Source: Mobula hypostoma (Eukaryota). From it: a stretch of 64,000 nucleotides of DNA. The position numbers and the translations under genes are program-made. Below, piece by piece: positions 1 through 11,352 of this stretch; the first letter of the stretch is position 1, and each line of letters opens with the position of its first letter. The notes under the pieces were generated by a model. That model saw only the letters and a list, made by a program, of their open reading frames with translations. It was not told the DNA's origin and did not search any database. Location: positions 66,404,001-66,468,000 of the forward strand of contig NC_086108.1 of the NCBI RefSeq assembly GCF_963921235.1, written 5' to 3'.

Positions 1-916
1 GAGATCCAAAATGATAGAAGAAGACAGGAGGGGGAGGGATGGAGCCAAGAGCTGGACAGTTGATTGGCAAAAGGGATATGAGAGGATCATGGGACAGGAG
101 GCCCAGGGAGAAGGAAAAGGGGGAGGGGGGAAAAAAACCCAGAGGATGGGCAAGGGGTATAGTCAGAGGGACAGAGGGAGAAAAAGGAGAGAGGGAGAAA
201 GAATGTGTGTATAAAAATAAATAATGGATGGGGTACGAGGGGGAGGTGGGGCATTAGCGGAAGTTAGAGAAGTCAATGTTCATGCCATCAGGTTGGAGGC
301 TACACATGTAGCCATACATGTAGCCAGTGGCCACACATTTTAATTCCACATCCCATTCCCATTCTGACATGTCTATCCACGGCCTCCTCTACTGTAAAGA
401 TGAAGCCACACTCAGGTTGGAGGAACAACACCTTATATTCCATCTGGGTAGCCTCCAAGCTGATGGCATGAATATTGACTTCTCTAACTTCCGCTAATGC
501 CCCACCTCTCCCTCGTACCCCATCCATTATTTATTTATATACACACATTCTTTCTCTCTTTCTCCCTCTGTCCCTCTGACTATACCCCTTGCACATCCTC
601 TGGGTCCCCCCCCCCCCTTTCCTTCTCCCTGGGCCTCCTGTCCCATGATCCTCTCATATCCCTTTTGCCAAACACCTGTCCAGCTCCTGGCTCCATCCTT
701 CCCCCTCCTGTCTTCTCCTATCATTTTGTATCTCCCCCTCTCCCTCCCACTTACAAATCTCTTACTAGCTCTTCCTTCCGTTAGTCCTGACGAAGGGTCT
801 CGGCCCGAAATGTCGACTGTATCTCTTCCTAGAGATGCTGCCTGGCCTGCTGCGTTCACCAGCAACTTTGATGTATGTTGCTTGAATTTCCAGCATCTGC
901 AGAATTCCTCGTGTTT
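1..916. mobile_element. Penelope-like element (PLE) remnant with fold-back structure: 1-302 is the reverse complement of ~449-735; left end runs off the window
   Basis: 324-497 (+) translates PVATHFNSTSHSHSDMSIHGLLYCKDEATLRLEEQHLIFHLGSLQADGMNIDFSNFR*, the C-terminus of a PLE GIY-YIG endonuclease. It is followed by a pyrimidine-rich 3' region and the pLTR/hammerhead module. Confidence 0.85.
783..818 (+). ncRNA. Minimal type-I hammerhead ribozyme motif in PLE terminal repeat
   Basis: AGTC-CTGACGA-A-GGG tctcgg CCC-GAAA-TGTC-GACT. Stem I is AGTC/GACT, stem II is GGG/CCC, and both core boxes are present; C>T at 811. Confidence 0.7.
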
Positions 917-1333
917 AAGTAGTTACAGTAATTAGGGGAGGGTTAATTACAAAAATAACAACTTATTTATAGATCTCTTTTTATACAAATGATGTAACTT
1001 GAAGTGTTTTACAATGGGATAAAGTGCAAACATGAAAATAAAAGACAAAACGATGCTATTTAAATACAATGCTAAATCAATTGATTTCTAGCTGGCATTT
1101 AAAAGTGTCAACTGAGTCTGCATCCTTATAATTTTAGGTATTGAGTTCCATAATTCAAAAAGGCTGCCCTGCCTGTTATCTTTTGAGGAAGATAGTTTAA
1201 ATTTTAAGAAACTGGCTGAAGAAGACCTGAAAGCTCGAGCAGGATTATAAAAAGAGAACTATTCTGTGATGTAACACACATAAAAGTTGCTGGTGAACGC
1301 AGCAGGCCAGGCAGCATCTCTAGGAAGAGGTGC

Positions 1334-1369
1334 AGTCGACGTTTCAGGCTGACACCCTTCGTCAGGACT
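1334..1369 (-). ncRNA. Minimal hammerhead ribozyme motif, core intact
   Basis: Reverse complement reads AGTC-CTGACGA-AGGG tgtcag CCT-GAAA-CGTC-GACT. Confidence 0.7.
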
Positions 1370-1702
1370 AACTGAAGGAAGAGTGAGTAAGGGATTTGAA
1401 AGTTGGAGGGGGAGGGGGAGAGTACCCCATCTGTTACTTATTTTTATACACACATTCTTTCTCTCACTCTCCTTTTTCTCCCTCTGTCCCTCTGAATATA
1501 CCCCTTGCCCATCCTCTGGGTCGCCCCCCCCCCCACTTGTCTTTCTTCCCGGACCTCCTGTCCCATGATCCTCTCGTATCCCTTTTGCCTATCACCTGTC
1601 CAGCTCTTGGCTCCATCCCTCCCCCTCCTGTCTTCTCCTATCATTTTGGATCTCCCCCTCCCCCTCCAACTTTCAAATCCCTTACTCACTCTTCCTTCAG
1701 TT

Positions 1703-1738
1703 AGTCCTGACGAAGGGTCTGTACCTGAAACGTCGACT
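1703..1738 (+). ncRNA. Minimal hammerhead ribozyme motif, core intact
   Basis: AGTC-CTGACGA-AGGG tctgta CCT-GAAA-CGTC-GACT; predicted GUC cleavage triplet at 1732-1734. Confidence 0.7.
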
Positions 1739-2299
1739 GCACCTCTTCCTATAGATGCTGCTTGGCCTGCTGCGTTCACCAGCAACTTTTATGTGTGTTG
1801 CTTGAATTTCCAGCATCTGCAGAATTCCTGTTGTTTGCTATTCTGTGATGTACCATATTTCAGTCCCAGAATAATGAGAGCTTTCAAATCAATTCTAAAA
1901 GATGCAGGAAGCCAGTGCAGAGTAGTTAGGATTGGAGTGATATGCTCCCTCATCCTGGTTTTAGATAAATGTCTAGCTACGAATTCTGAATGAGTTGAAT
2001 AGATTGTTTTGGAAAGCCAGTAAAAAGTGTATAGCAGTAATCTAATCTATTCGACATAAAGGCATGAATTAGGACTTCAGTGTCATTACCTGACAGAAAC
2101 AGATATATCTTTACAATATTTCTTAAGTGTAGAAATGGTGCTCTGGTCACTTTCATTACATGGGATTAAAAATCCAAATCTGAATCAAGGATAACAGGCA
2201 GGTTTAATTACAAGGGAATTAAGCAGAAATTTAGGAGCATAAATAGGGCTCAGATCTTCTCAGTGAAATGTACAGTGGAATTGTGTAAGGTGCATGGGT

Positions 2300-2835
2300 T
2301 TCTGTATAGGTTTGTTCCATTGAGCTGGTAAAGGGAAGGACAAGAGAGGTACAACTTCTAGGCAAGAAGAAGAAGGATGCGTTCTGAAGGTTTAGGAAGC
2401 AAAGATTAGACAGGGCTCTTGAAAGGGATAAGGTAACCAGGAAGGAGCTTAAGAAGGAGCACAGGAAGGACCAGTGAGTCTTACATCAATGGTGGGCAAA
2501 CTAATCAAGAGGATTCTTCGAGCCAGAATTTATCACCATTTGGAGAGGCATAGACTTATTATGGATAGTCAGATTTCTTTGTGAGGGGCAGACCATGCCT
2601 CATGAGCCTGATTAAGGAAGTGACAAAACAAACTTCATAAGGAAGTGACAAAACCAGCTTATGGAGGTAGAGCATTATATGTGATGTACATGCATTTTAG
2701 AAAGGCATTTGACAAGGTTCCCTATGGAAGACTCATCCAGAAAGTCATGGAGCATGGGATCCCTAGAACCTTGGAAGCATGAATTCAAAATTTGCTATCC
2801 GACAGAGGCAGAGGGTGGTAGTAGACAGAGCATAT
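2300..2835 (+). mobile_element. Degraded CR1 ORF2 fragment
   Basis: Decayed PVSLTS..GK and Y.HFRKAFDKVP motifs resembling the CR1 RT at 5243-6691. Confidence 0.7.
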
Positions 2836-3269
2836 GTCGTGAGATTAAAAATGACTGTCTCATGTATAAATACACTGATCTTGTAGGGATATGTCAAACT
2901 TTCTAAACAATTAAACGGGTGCATTTAGGCCTTTACTATTTGATTCAATCTATGAAGAAGCACACAGGTAGCAATGTCCATATGAAGGATCCTCCTCTAT
3001 GAGGAAATCATACAGCAAAAAAACAGGGAAAAGGAGAAGCAATGGGTGAAGGAGCACCAACAAATACAGCCAAGTTTTCCCTTCTCTACACATTTATACA
3101 TTGAAGATTACACTCGTAAACCTCCACAGATCCAAAGAATTCTGCCGATTATGGATAATGACATTGAGAATAAAAATACCCTCTTCTCTGAGGAATTTGC
3201 CAAAACCAATAGTGAGACATTTATGTTATGCAGATATGCCTCAGCAGCTAAGATTATTCTCTTTGGAGC

Positions 3270-3570
3270 AGAAATAATCAAGAGTAGATTTGAAAGTGTG
3301 CTCAGGACAATGATGAGTTTTGACAAAACGCATGGAGATAAATTGTTCACATGAATGTGAAGGATAGTCGAAGAACATACAATAGTTTTAGGGTAATTAG
3401 TAAAACATCAAGAGAAGTAATATGTAATATAGCAAGTTGTTATGACCTGGAATATTCTGCCTGGAAAAGTGGTGGAAGTAGTTTTATAATACCTTTTAAA
3501 GTTTAGTGAATAAAGACTTGAAAAGGGAAAATTTGCAGGAAGAGCAGGGGAGTAGACTAATTGGATAGAT
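3270..3570 (+). mobile_element. Highly degraded CR1 3' end
   Basis: Resembles the CR1 terminus (..WNILPGKVVE..), compare 28376-28789. Confidence 0.5.
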
Positions 3571-3897
3571 CATAAAGATGCCGCAGACACATTTTCCCAA
3601 TAGTTTCCTTCTGTGTTGTGTGATTCTAACTGGAGAGCTGAAGAGACAGCTGGTATCAATCTCAGTGACAAAGGCATACATGTGTTTGTCGCAGTTGTTG
3701 GATGTGGGGGTGGATCCTGCAGCAGAAAGCACTCACTGGAGATTGCTGGTATCAGAGCAAAGTAACTGGTGATTATCCTTGCTCCTTAGAATTTTTCTCG
3801 AGTTAGTTCTGGCCTGCTTTTCCATCATACTTAATGTGGTGCAGTCTAATCTAGTGGTCAATGGTTTGTTGTGGTAATTATCTGAAGTGGAAACAAT

Positions 3898-4240
3898 CAA
3901 AGTTTAAAGTATATTTATCATTAATGTATGTGTACCATATTCAACCTTGAGATTCGTCTTCTTGCAGGCAGCCACAGGTAAAAGAAACACAACTGAACAC
4001 ATTGAAAAACTGCACACAACAAAGACCATCAAATACGCAATGTCCAAAAAAAGAACAATCGCTCAAACAATAATGAAGTAAACAAGTAATGGACAGAACA
4101 TGAACTACAGAGTCCACGAAAGTCAGTCCATTGTGCTGAGGCAAGTGAAGCTGGTCCAAGAGCCGGATGGCTGCAGGCCACAGCCGTGGAGCCAGGTCAG
4201 CACTGAGGCAAATACAAGTCCTAAGGGGGTGTTAGGGGAA
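3898..4240 (-). mobile_element. Non-autonomous element with Rex1-type 3' tail; same family as 52455-53060
   Basis: Shares aaagtttaaagt..tttat..accttgagattcg and gagccggatggctgcaggccacagcc with 52455-52760. The tail matches the Rex1 3' ends at ~27230-27310 in reverse. Confidence 0.55.
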
Positions 4241-4592
4241 ATAGAACTCATCGGGGGACATGGTAAGCGACACCCTAACTTGAGGCACGAGACCAGACTG
4301 ACCTTCAGTAGAGCAGGCACTTCCAAAAAAAGCATGAGGCACTGGGATACAAAGAACCATAGCTCTGCAGGCAGTGAGTACTCAGCGTCACAATATGTCT
4401 GAAACTAAACAATCTCATCCAAATTTATCAACCAAACAGACATTATTGGGGATGCATAAATTAGCAACCAGGGTGCCATCAGTTCCCCTTGAGTTGCAGT
4501 ATGGAACGAGTTCATGGAACTTAACAGTTAGTAAGTCAAGTACACCCTCTCAACTTTCTCTACAGATCTACGGAAAACAGGTCGCACAATGA

Positions 4593-7500
4593 TAGAAACA
4601 TAGAAAACCTACAGCACAACACAGGCTCTTCGGCCCACAAAGCTGTGCCGAACATGTCCTTACCTTAGAAATCACCTAGAGTTACCCATAGCTCTCTATT
4701 ATTCTGAGCTCCATGTACCTGTCCAGGAGTCTCTTAAAAGACCCTATCATATCCGCCTCCACCACTGTTGCCAGCAGCCCATTCCATGCATTCACCACTC
4801 TCTGCGTAAAAAAATTACCCCTACAATCTCCTCTGTACCTACTTCCAAGCACCTAAAAACTGTGCCCTCTCGTACTAACCATTTCAACCTTGGGAAGAAG
4901 ACTCTGACTACTCACATGATCAATGCCTCTCATCATCTTATACACCTCTATCAGGTCACCTCTCATCTTCCGTCGCTCCAAGGAAAAAGGTCAGAGTTCA
5001 CTCAACCTATTCTCATAAGGCATGCTCCCCAATACAGGCAACATCCTTGTAAATCTCCTCTGCACCCTTTTTGTGGTTTCCACGTCCTTCCAGTACTGAG
5101 GCGACCAGAACTCAGCACAGTACTCCAAGTGGGGTCTGAACAGGGACCTATATAGCTGCAACATTACCTTTCGGCTCTTAAACTCAATCCCACGGTTGAT
5201 AAAAGCCAATATACCGTATGCTTTCTTAACCACAGAGTCAACCTATGCAGCAGTTTTCAATGCCCTAATGACTCGGACCTCAAGATTCCTCTGATCCTTC
5301 ACACTGCCAAGAGTCTTACGATTAATACTATATTTTGTCATCATATTTAACCTACCAAGATGAACCACCTCACACTTATCTGGGTTGAACTCCATCTGCC
5401 ACTTCCCAGCCCAGTTTTGCATCGTATCATTGTCCCACTGTAACCTCTGACAGCCCTCCACACTATCCACAACACCTCCAACCTTTGTGTCATCAGCAAA
5501 TTTACTAACCCATCCCTCCACTTCCTCATCCAGGTCATTTATAAAAATCACGACGAGTAAAGGTCCCAGAACAGATCCCTGAGGCACACCACTGGTCACC
5601 GACCTCCATGCAGAATATGACCCATCTACAACCACTCTTTGCCTTCTGTGGTCAAGCCAGTTCTGGATCCACAAAACAATATCCCCTTGGATCTCATGCC
5701 TCCTTACTTTTTCAATAAGCCTTGCATGGAGTACTTTGTCAAATGCCTTGATGAAATCCATATACACTACATCTACGGCTCTTCCTTCATCAATATGTTT
5801 AGTCACATCCTCAAAAAATTCAATCAGGCTCGTAAGGCATGACCTAACTTTGACAAAGCCATGCTGACTATTCCTAATCATATTATGCTTCTCCAAATGT
5901 TCATAAATCCTGCCTCTCAGGATCTTCTCTATCAACTTAACAACCACTGAAGTAAGACTCACTGGTCTATAATTTCCTGGGCTATCTCTACTCCCTTTCT
6001 TAAATAATGGAACAACTTCTGCAACCCCCCAATCCTCCGGAACCTCTTCTGTCCCCATTGATGATGCAAAGATCATCACCAGAGGCTCAGCAATCTCCTC
6101 CCTTGCTTCCCACAGTAGACTGGGGTACATCTTGTCTGGTCCCGGTGACTTATCCAACTTGATGCTTTTCAAAAGCTCCAGCACATCCTCTTTCTTAATA
6201 TCTACATGCTCAAGCTTTTCAGTCCGCTGTAAGTTATCCCTACAATCGTCAAGATTCTTTTCCGTAGTGAATACTGAAGAAAAATACTCATTAACTACCT
6301 CTGTTATCTCCGCCAGTTCCATACACACTTCTCCACTGTCACAATTGATTGGTCCTATTCTCTCATATCTTATCCTCCTGCTCTTCACATATTTGTAGAA
6401 TGCATTGGAGTTTTCCTCAATCCTGTCCACCAAGGCCTTCTCATGGCCCCTTCTGGCTCTCCTAATTTCATTGTTAAGCTCCTTCCTGCTAGCCTTATAA
6501 CCTTCTAGCTCGCTATCATTACCTAGTTGTTTGAACCTTTCATAAGCTCTTCTTTCCTTCTTGACTAGATTTACAACAGCCTTTGTACACCATGGTTCCT
6601 GCACCCTACCATCCTTTCCCTGTTTCATTGGAATGTACCTCTGCAGATCTCCACGCAAACATCCCCTGAAGATTTGTCGCATTTCTTCCATTCATTTCTC
6701 TGAGAACATCTTGTCTTAATTTATGCTTCCAAGTTCTTGCCTGCTAGCCTCATATTTCCTCTTACTCCAGTTAAACGCTTTCCTAACTTGTCTGTTCCAA
6801 TCCCTCTCCAATGCTATGGTAAAGGAGACAGAATTATGATCACTATCTCCAAAATGCTCTCCCACTGAGAGATCTGATACCTGACCAGGTTCATTTCCCA
6901 ATACCAGATCAAGCAAGTACCTCTCCTCTTGTAGGCTTATCTACATATTGTGTCAAGAAACCTCTTGAACACACCTAACAAACTCCACCCCATCTAAACC
7001 CCTCACTCTAGGGACATGCCAATCAATATTTGGGAAATTAAAATCTCCCACCTCAACAACCCTGTTATTATTACACCTTTCCAGAATCTGTCTCCCTACC
7101 TGTTCCTCAATGTCCCTGTTACTACTGAGTGGTCAATAAAAAACACCCAGTAGAATTACTGACACCTTCCTGTTCCTAACTTCCACCCACAGAGACTCCG
7201 TAGACAATCCCTCCATGTCTTCCTCCTTTTCTGCAGATGTGACACTATCTCTAATCTACAGTGCCACGCCCCCACCTCTTTTGCCTCCCTCCCTGTCCTT
7301 TCTGAAACACCTAAAGCCTGGCACTCAAAGTAACCATTCTTGACCCTGAACCATCCAGGTCTCTGTAATGGCCACAACATCATAGCTCCAAGTACTGATT
7401 CAGACTCTAAGCTCATCTGCTTTGTTCATGACACTCCTTGCATTAAAATAGACACATCTCAAATCATCGGTCTGAATGCATCCCTTCTCTATCACCTGCC

Positions 7501-8008
7501 TATCCTCCCTCTCACATTGTCTACAAGCTTTCTCTATTTGTGAGCCAACTACCTCTTCCTCAGTCTCTTCAGTTCAGTTCCCACCTCCCAGCAATTCTAA
7601 TTTAAACTCTTCCCAATAGCCTTAGCAAACCTCCCTGCCAGGATATTGGTCCCCCTGGAATTCAAGTGCAATCTGTCCTTTTTGTACAGGTCACTCCTGC
7701 CCCAAAGGTGTCCCAATGATCCAGAAATCTGAATCCCTGCCCCCTGCTTCAATCCCTCAGCCACGCATTTATCCTCCACTCATTCTATTCCTCTACTCAC
7801 TGTCATGTGGTACAGGCAGTAATCCCGAGATGACTATCTTTGTGGTCCTGCTTCTCAACTTCCTTCCTAACTCCCTGTAGTCTGCTTTCAGGACCTCCTC
7901 CCTTTTCCTGCCTATATCGTTGGTACTAATATGTACCACGGCCTCTGGCTGTTCTCCTTCCCACTTCAGGATATCGTGGATGCGATCAGAAACATCCCAG
8001 ACCCTGGT
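4593..8008 (-). mobile_element. CR1 LINE, 5'-truncated within ORF1
   Basis: ORF1 SGNH esterase remnants (VVHISTNDIGRK, ISGLLPVP, DRLHLN) at 7597-8008, APE endonuclease remnants (LDLVLGNEPGQ..GDSDHN), an RT ORF, and a (ttctatgt)n tail at ~4593-4606. Confidence 0.95.
5243..6691 (-). pseudogene. CR1 ORF2 reverse transcriptase; 482-aa open segment, disrupted on both sides
   Basis: KSPGPD, NYRPVSLTS, DFIKAFDKV, SGVPQGSVLGP and KFADDTK motifs. Confidence 0.95.
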
Positions 8009-8254
8009 ACATGATATAGTGCTGACCGGAACCAAACGGTGAAATAGAGCCAACCAGTGAACCTGCCAACCCCAAGGATTCCTCTTGAGGTGTTCAAAGT
8101 GAGCTCGGCTTCATATGTGCTGTCAAGAGCCATCATTGGGGATTATGAGACCTTATGTGTATGGTCGGTCGCACAGACTGGAATAGCACTGTATAAAGGT
8201 AGCTTGCCAAACACCACGAACATCCTGACTCACCTTCAGATTCCAATCTGAATC

Positions 8255-8748
8255 ACTGTCAATATAATGTTTGCCGCATGACAAAATGAACATTCTAAAT
8301 ATGAAACTGCAGGGTGAGAATTTCAGCTTAATCCAGGCAAAAGTGCAGTGTCTACTTTCATTGGACAATCAGAACTATGTAAGCAAAACATTGGGAGAAG
8401 AATGTTCTCACAGTTTTCCTGCATAGAAAGTATGGCACTCTCTTTCACAGCTGGTGATTTGCAAAAGTATTGCTCACATCTGCAGTCACTGAAGCAGGAT
8501 TTTCAAAACCGATTCAAGGATTTGAACAATCTGGAAATTCTGGACTGGGTAATTAGCCCATTTCTTTGCAGGGTGGAAGAACAGGAAGAGAGCTTGCAGG
8601 AAGAAATTATTGAAATTCAGAATAAATAAGAAGCAAAAATGCTTTTCAAAAATGTCTGCTTTTGTGGTATGTGGCCACACTGTCATATGAAGTTTTCTGG
8701 TCTTTGGAGAAAAGCCAAACTGCTGTTCATTGCATTTCCATCCTCATG
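8255..8748 (+). mobile_element. hAT (Buster/Charlie, SCAND3/ZBED8-like) transposase C-terminal relic
   Basis: DKMNILNMKLQGENF..YCSHLQSLKQDFQNRFKDL..DWVISPF..LQEEIIEIQN and WRKAKLLFIAFPSS (hATC dimerisation-type), with frameshifts and a stop. Confidence 0.8.
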
Positions 8749-9045
8749 CCCCTTATTATTCCCTCTCAACCCCATTCCCATCTTCTCCCTGTAACCTTCA
8801 ATGATCTCACTAATCAAGAACCTATTAATCTCTAATTTAAATATACAAAATGATTTGGCCTCCTTAGCTACCTGTCGCAGTGCATACCATTGACTCATCA
8901 CCTTCTGACTAAAGAAACTCTTCAGCATCTTTGTTCTAGAGGAGGTTCTTTTATTCTGAAGCTGTGCCCTCTAGTCCTAGACTCTCCCACTACTGGAAAC
9001 ATGCTCTTAGTGTCCACTCTGTCCAGATATTTCAATATTCAGTAG
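8749..9045 (-). mobile_element. CR1 3' fragment abutting the hAT relic
   Basis: FFSQKVM..IFKLEINRFLISEIIEGYREK, the CR1 ORF2 terminus. Confidence 0.75.
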
Positions 9046-11352
9046 GGAAGGTAATTTAGTTGGTCCACGCAGATACCGAATTGCCAGAGCTGTTACTCCA
9101 TGAGAGGTAAATACAAAGTACAGACTAGGTTCTCCTCAATCACTTGCATTGTTAGCTTTTGTGTGAGACTATTAGGTGGAATGCAAGGAGGGTATTTACT
9201 GTAATTAATCAACAATTAATATACTCCCACCAATAATGCACCCTTCAAACTCCAGACAGATTCCCAGTTGTATGTTCTCCAAAAATCAGACAACCCCTGC
9301 AAACAGAATAAGACCATGATGAGTAAGAACAACAGCTCTCTCCATTATTCTGCCATAAAACTATCATCTATTTTGTATCCAAATTCAAAATAGTAGAAGT
9401 TTTAACTCTGCCTTCCCTTCCACCAGTTATATCATGGTACTTAAAACCCAAACTCAGGATCATCTTAAAAGTGAAAAAATGATTTACTTAACCTTTATCA
9501 ATAGTTTTTTTTTAACCTGAAATATTTTTACACAATGGATATTTAGTTATGTTTTTGGTTGATGTTAATGGAAAATAATCAAAAGAAAATAATCATATTC
9601 TCTTCGATTCATGCCAGCAATTAGAACAACTTCACTTAATCTTCCATATGCTTAACAAATGCGAGGCAGGGAAGATCCTTTGATATGTAAAATCTAATTC
9701 AACATAATACATATGCATTATCCCTCAGGATTTCAATGGTGATTTTTTTTTGCGGTTCAAGAACTGTAACGTTCAGCGAACTACAATCCACACTGGTAAA
9801 ACATCACAGAATATTGCACCCTGAGTATAATGGTAACCAAAACAATTCTGACAATTCTTGGTATTTTGTCCTCTATAACATCTCCCGTAACTATGCAGAA
9901 CTGTGAAGTAGTTCTGTTTAAACAGCAAGTAGAAAAAGAATTTTTCTCTGTATTGTTATACAGAATTTCCAGTATTGGTGAACTACCTAAATTGTCATTG
10001 GAGAAATTTTCCTCCGCTTGTTAAAATCCCTTGAAACTTTGTACAGCAAATTGCTGGATGTGGAAGATTAAATCATACACCTAGTGCCTGTGTGAACAGG
10101 ACAAGCATTACGATTCTCCTTAATCAATTAGATTGAAAAGGTGAGAATGAACAGTGCAAGATGTGAACCAGGAAATGTCAATTTAAATAAATAAAGACCG
10201 GAATAAAATCAAAACAGAAAACGGATTTAAATGTCAACCTTTTTTCTTTCTTGTAAAGTCTAGTGTTTTAAAAAATATTGAATGAAACTCCACACCTGTA
10301 AGTGTTAATTTGTAATGGCAGAATGGTCATTTAGCAGAAAAAGATATTAAGTTGTTAAAAGAATATGCAGACTGAAACAATATTAACTTTCTGTTGTATG
10401 TATGGTCCATTTTGACTGTGCAACTACAGGAACTTCACAATATCACATGCATATAATCATGATCACACAGTACGATATCATATTGATGCCATTTCTGGTG
10501 CAACCATACTTCTCAGAAAACAGCATTTGAATTTTCATGGTTAGCTGGACATCTACATTGCTGTCTGACTTAACAGTTTGCTTGCTTAGCCTCACTGTTA
10601 TTTCCCCATAAATTATAGCACAGTAACTCCTGTTTACAAGGTGACACTATTAGCAGCCTGAAAAACATTCTTTTTGATAGCTGTGTACTGTAATCTCAAG
10701 AAGGAGGCAGAGATAAGCAATATTGATTAACTGTTTCACATTTTGAGAGGTATTAAAATAAAGGCAAGATAAACAATATTGACCGCTGACTGTTTTGACA
10801 ATCAAGAATGACAGTTGAAAAGGGTAACCTCTGTCCTACTTGCCTTTTGTTTCTAGAGCTGTCACAAAGCAAGCCAATTACTTGCTGAAGAGGAATAACT
10901 GCATGTCAGGATTATCTGTGTGTGGTAATAGAATTGATTGTGATACACTACAATTAGCAGTTATTCAGAAATTATGGAATTTAACATTAGTTTACATTCT
11001 GTTTGTAGTGTTTTTTTTCAAATAGTAGGTAAATAAGTACCAACTCAGGCCATTACTGTGTGTGTATTTCATCAGGATGACACTAGCTGTAGTTTCTCTT
11101 GTCCTGGGGGTGAACAACATTTTTAATATCTCTCATTGTTTAAGGATGTTTAAATTTATTGCATTTTTCCAAATATATATAGGGTGCTCATCAAACTACA
11201 TATCTAACAACTTAATCAGTCTAGGATGTTTTTTTTTTAAATAAAGAAGTACACAAGTTTGTATATGTTCAGCTATATTACAACAATACTAGAAACTACT
11301 TTCTATGTACAAGTACATAGGGTGATTTCAATCTTAAGTGAAAATTGACATA

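Larger units (their letters stand above)
1274..1837. mobile_element. Fold-back PLE terminal fragment with 15-bp TSD
   Basis: Arms 1274-1421 and 1651-1798 are reverse complements. Exact direct repeat ctattctgtgatgta at 1259-1273 and 1838-1852. Confidence 0.88.
940..2260 (-). mobile_element. Degraded L2 LINE 3' end, interrupted by the PLE at 1274-1837
   Basis: Minus strand gives IHAFMSNRLDYC...EHITPILTTLHWLPASFRID, an L2 ORF2 C-terminal signature. An L2-type tail (..ctataaataagttgtt) lies near 950-1010. Confidence 0.75.

Noticed and set aside
11..1993. Many overlapping Pro/Leu/Ser- or Gly/Arg-rich ORFs
   Set aside because: Artefacts of the low-complexity purine/pyrimidine PLE 3' region, repeated in each copy.
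3046..3354. 102-aa ORF
   Set aside because: No recognisable motif or splice context, and its 3' part runs into a decayed CR1 end.
8348..8629. Domesticated SCAND3/ZBED8-type host gene
   Set aside because: Frameshifts, a stop and truncation by CR1 indicate a dead transposon fragment.
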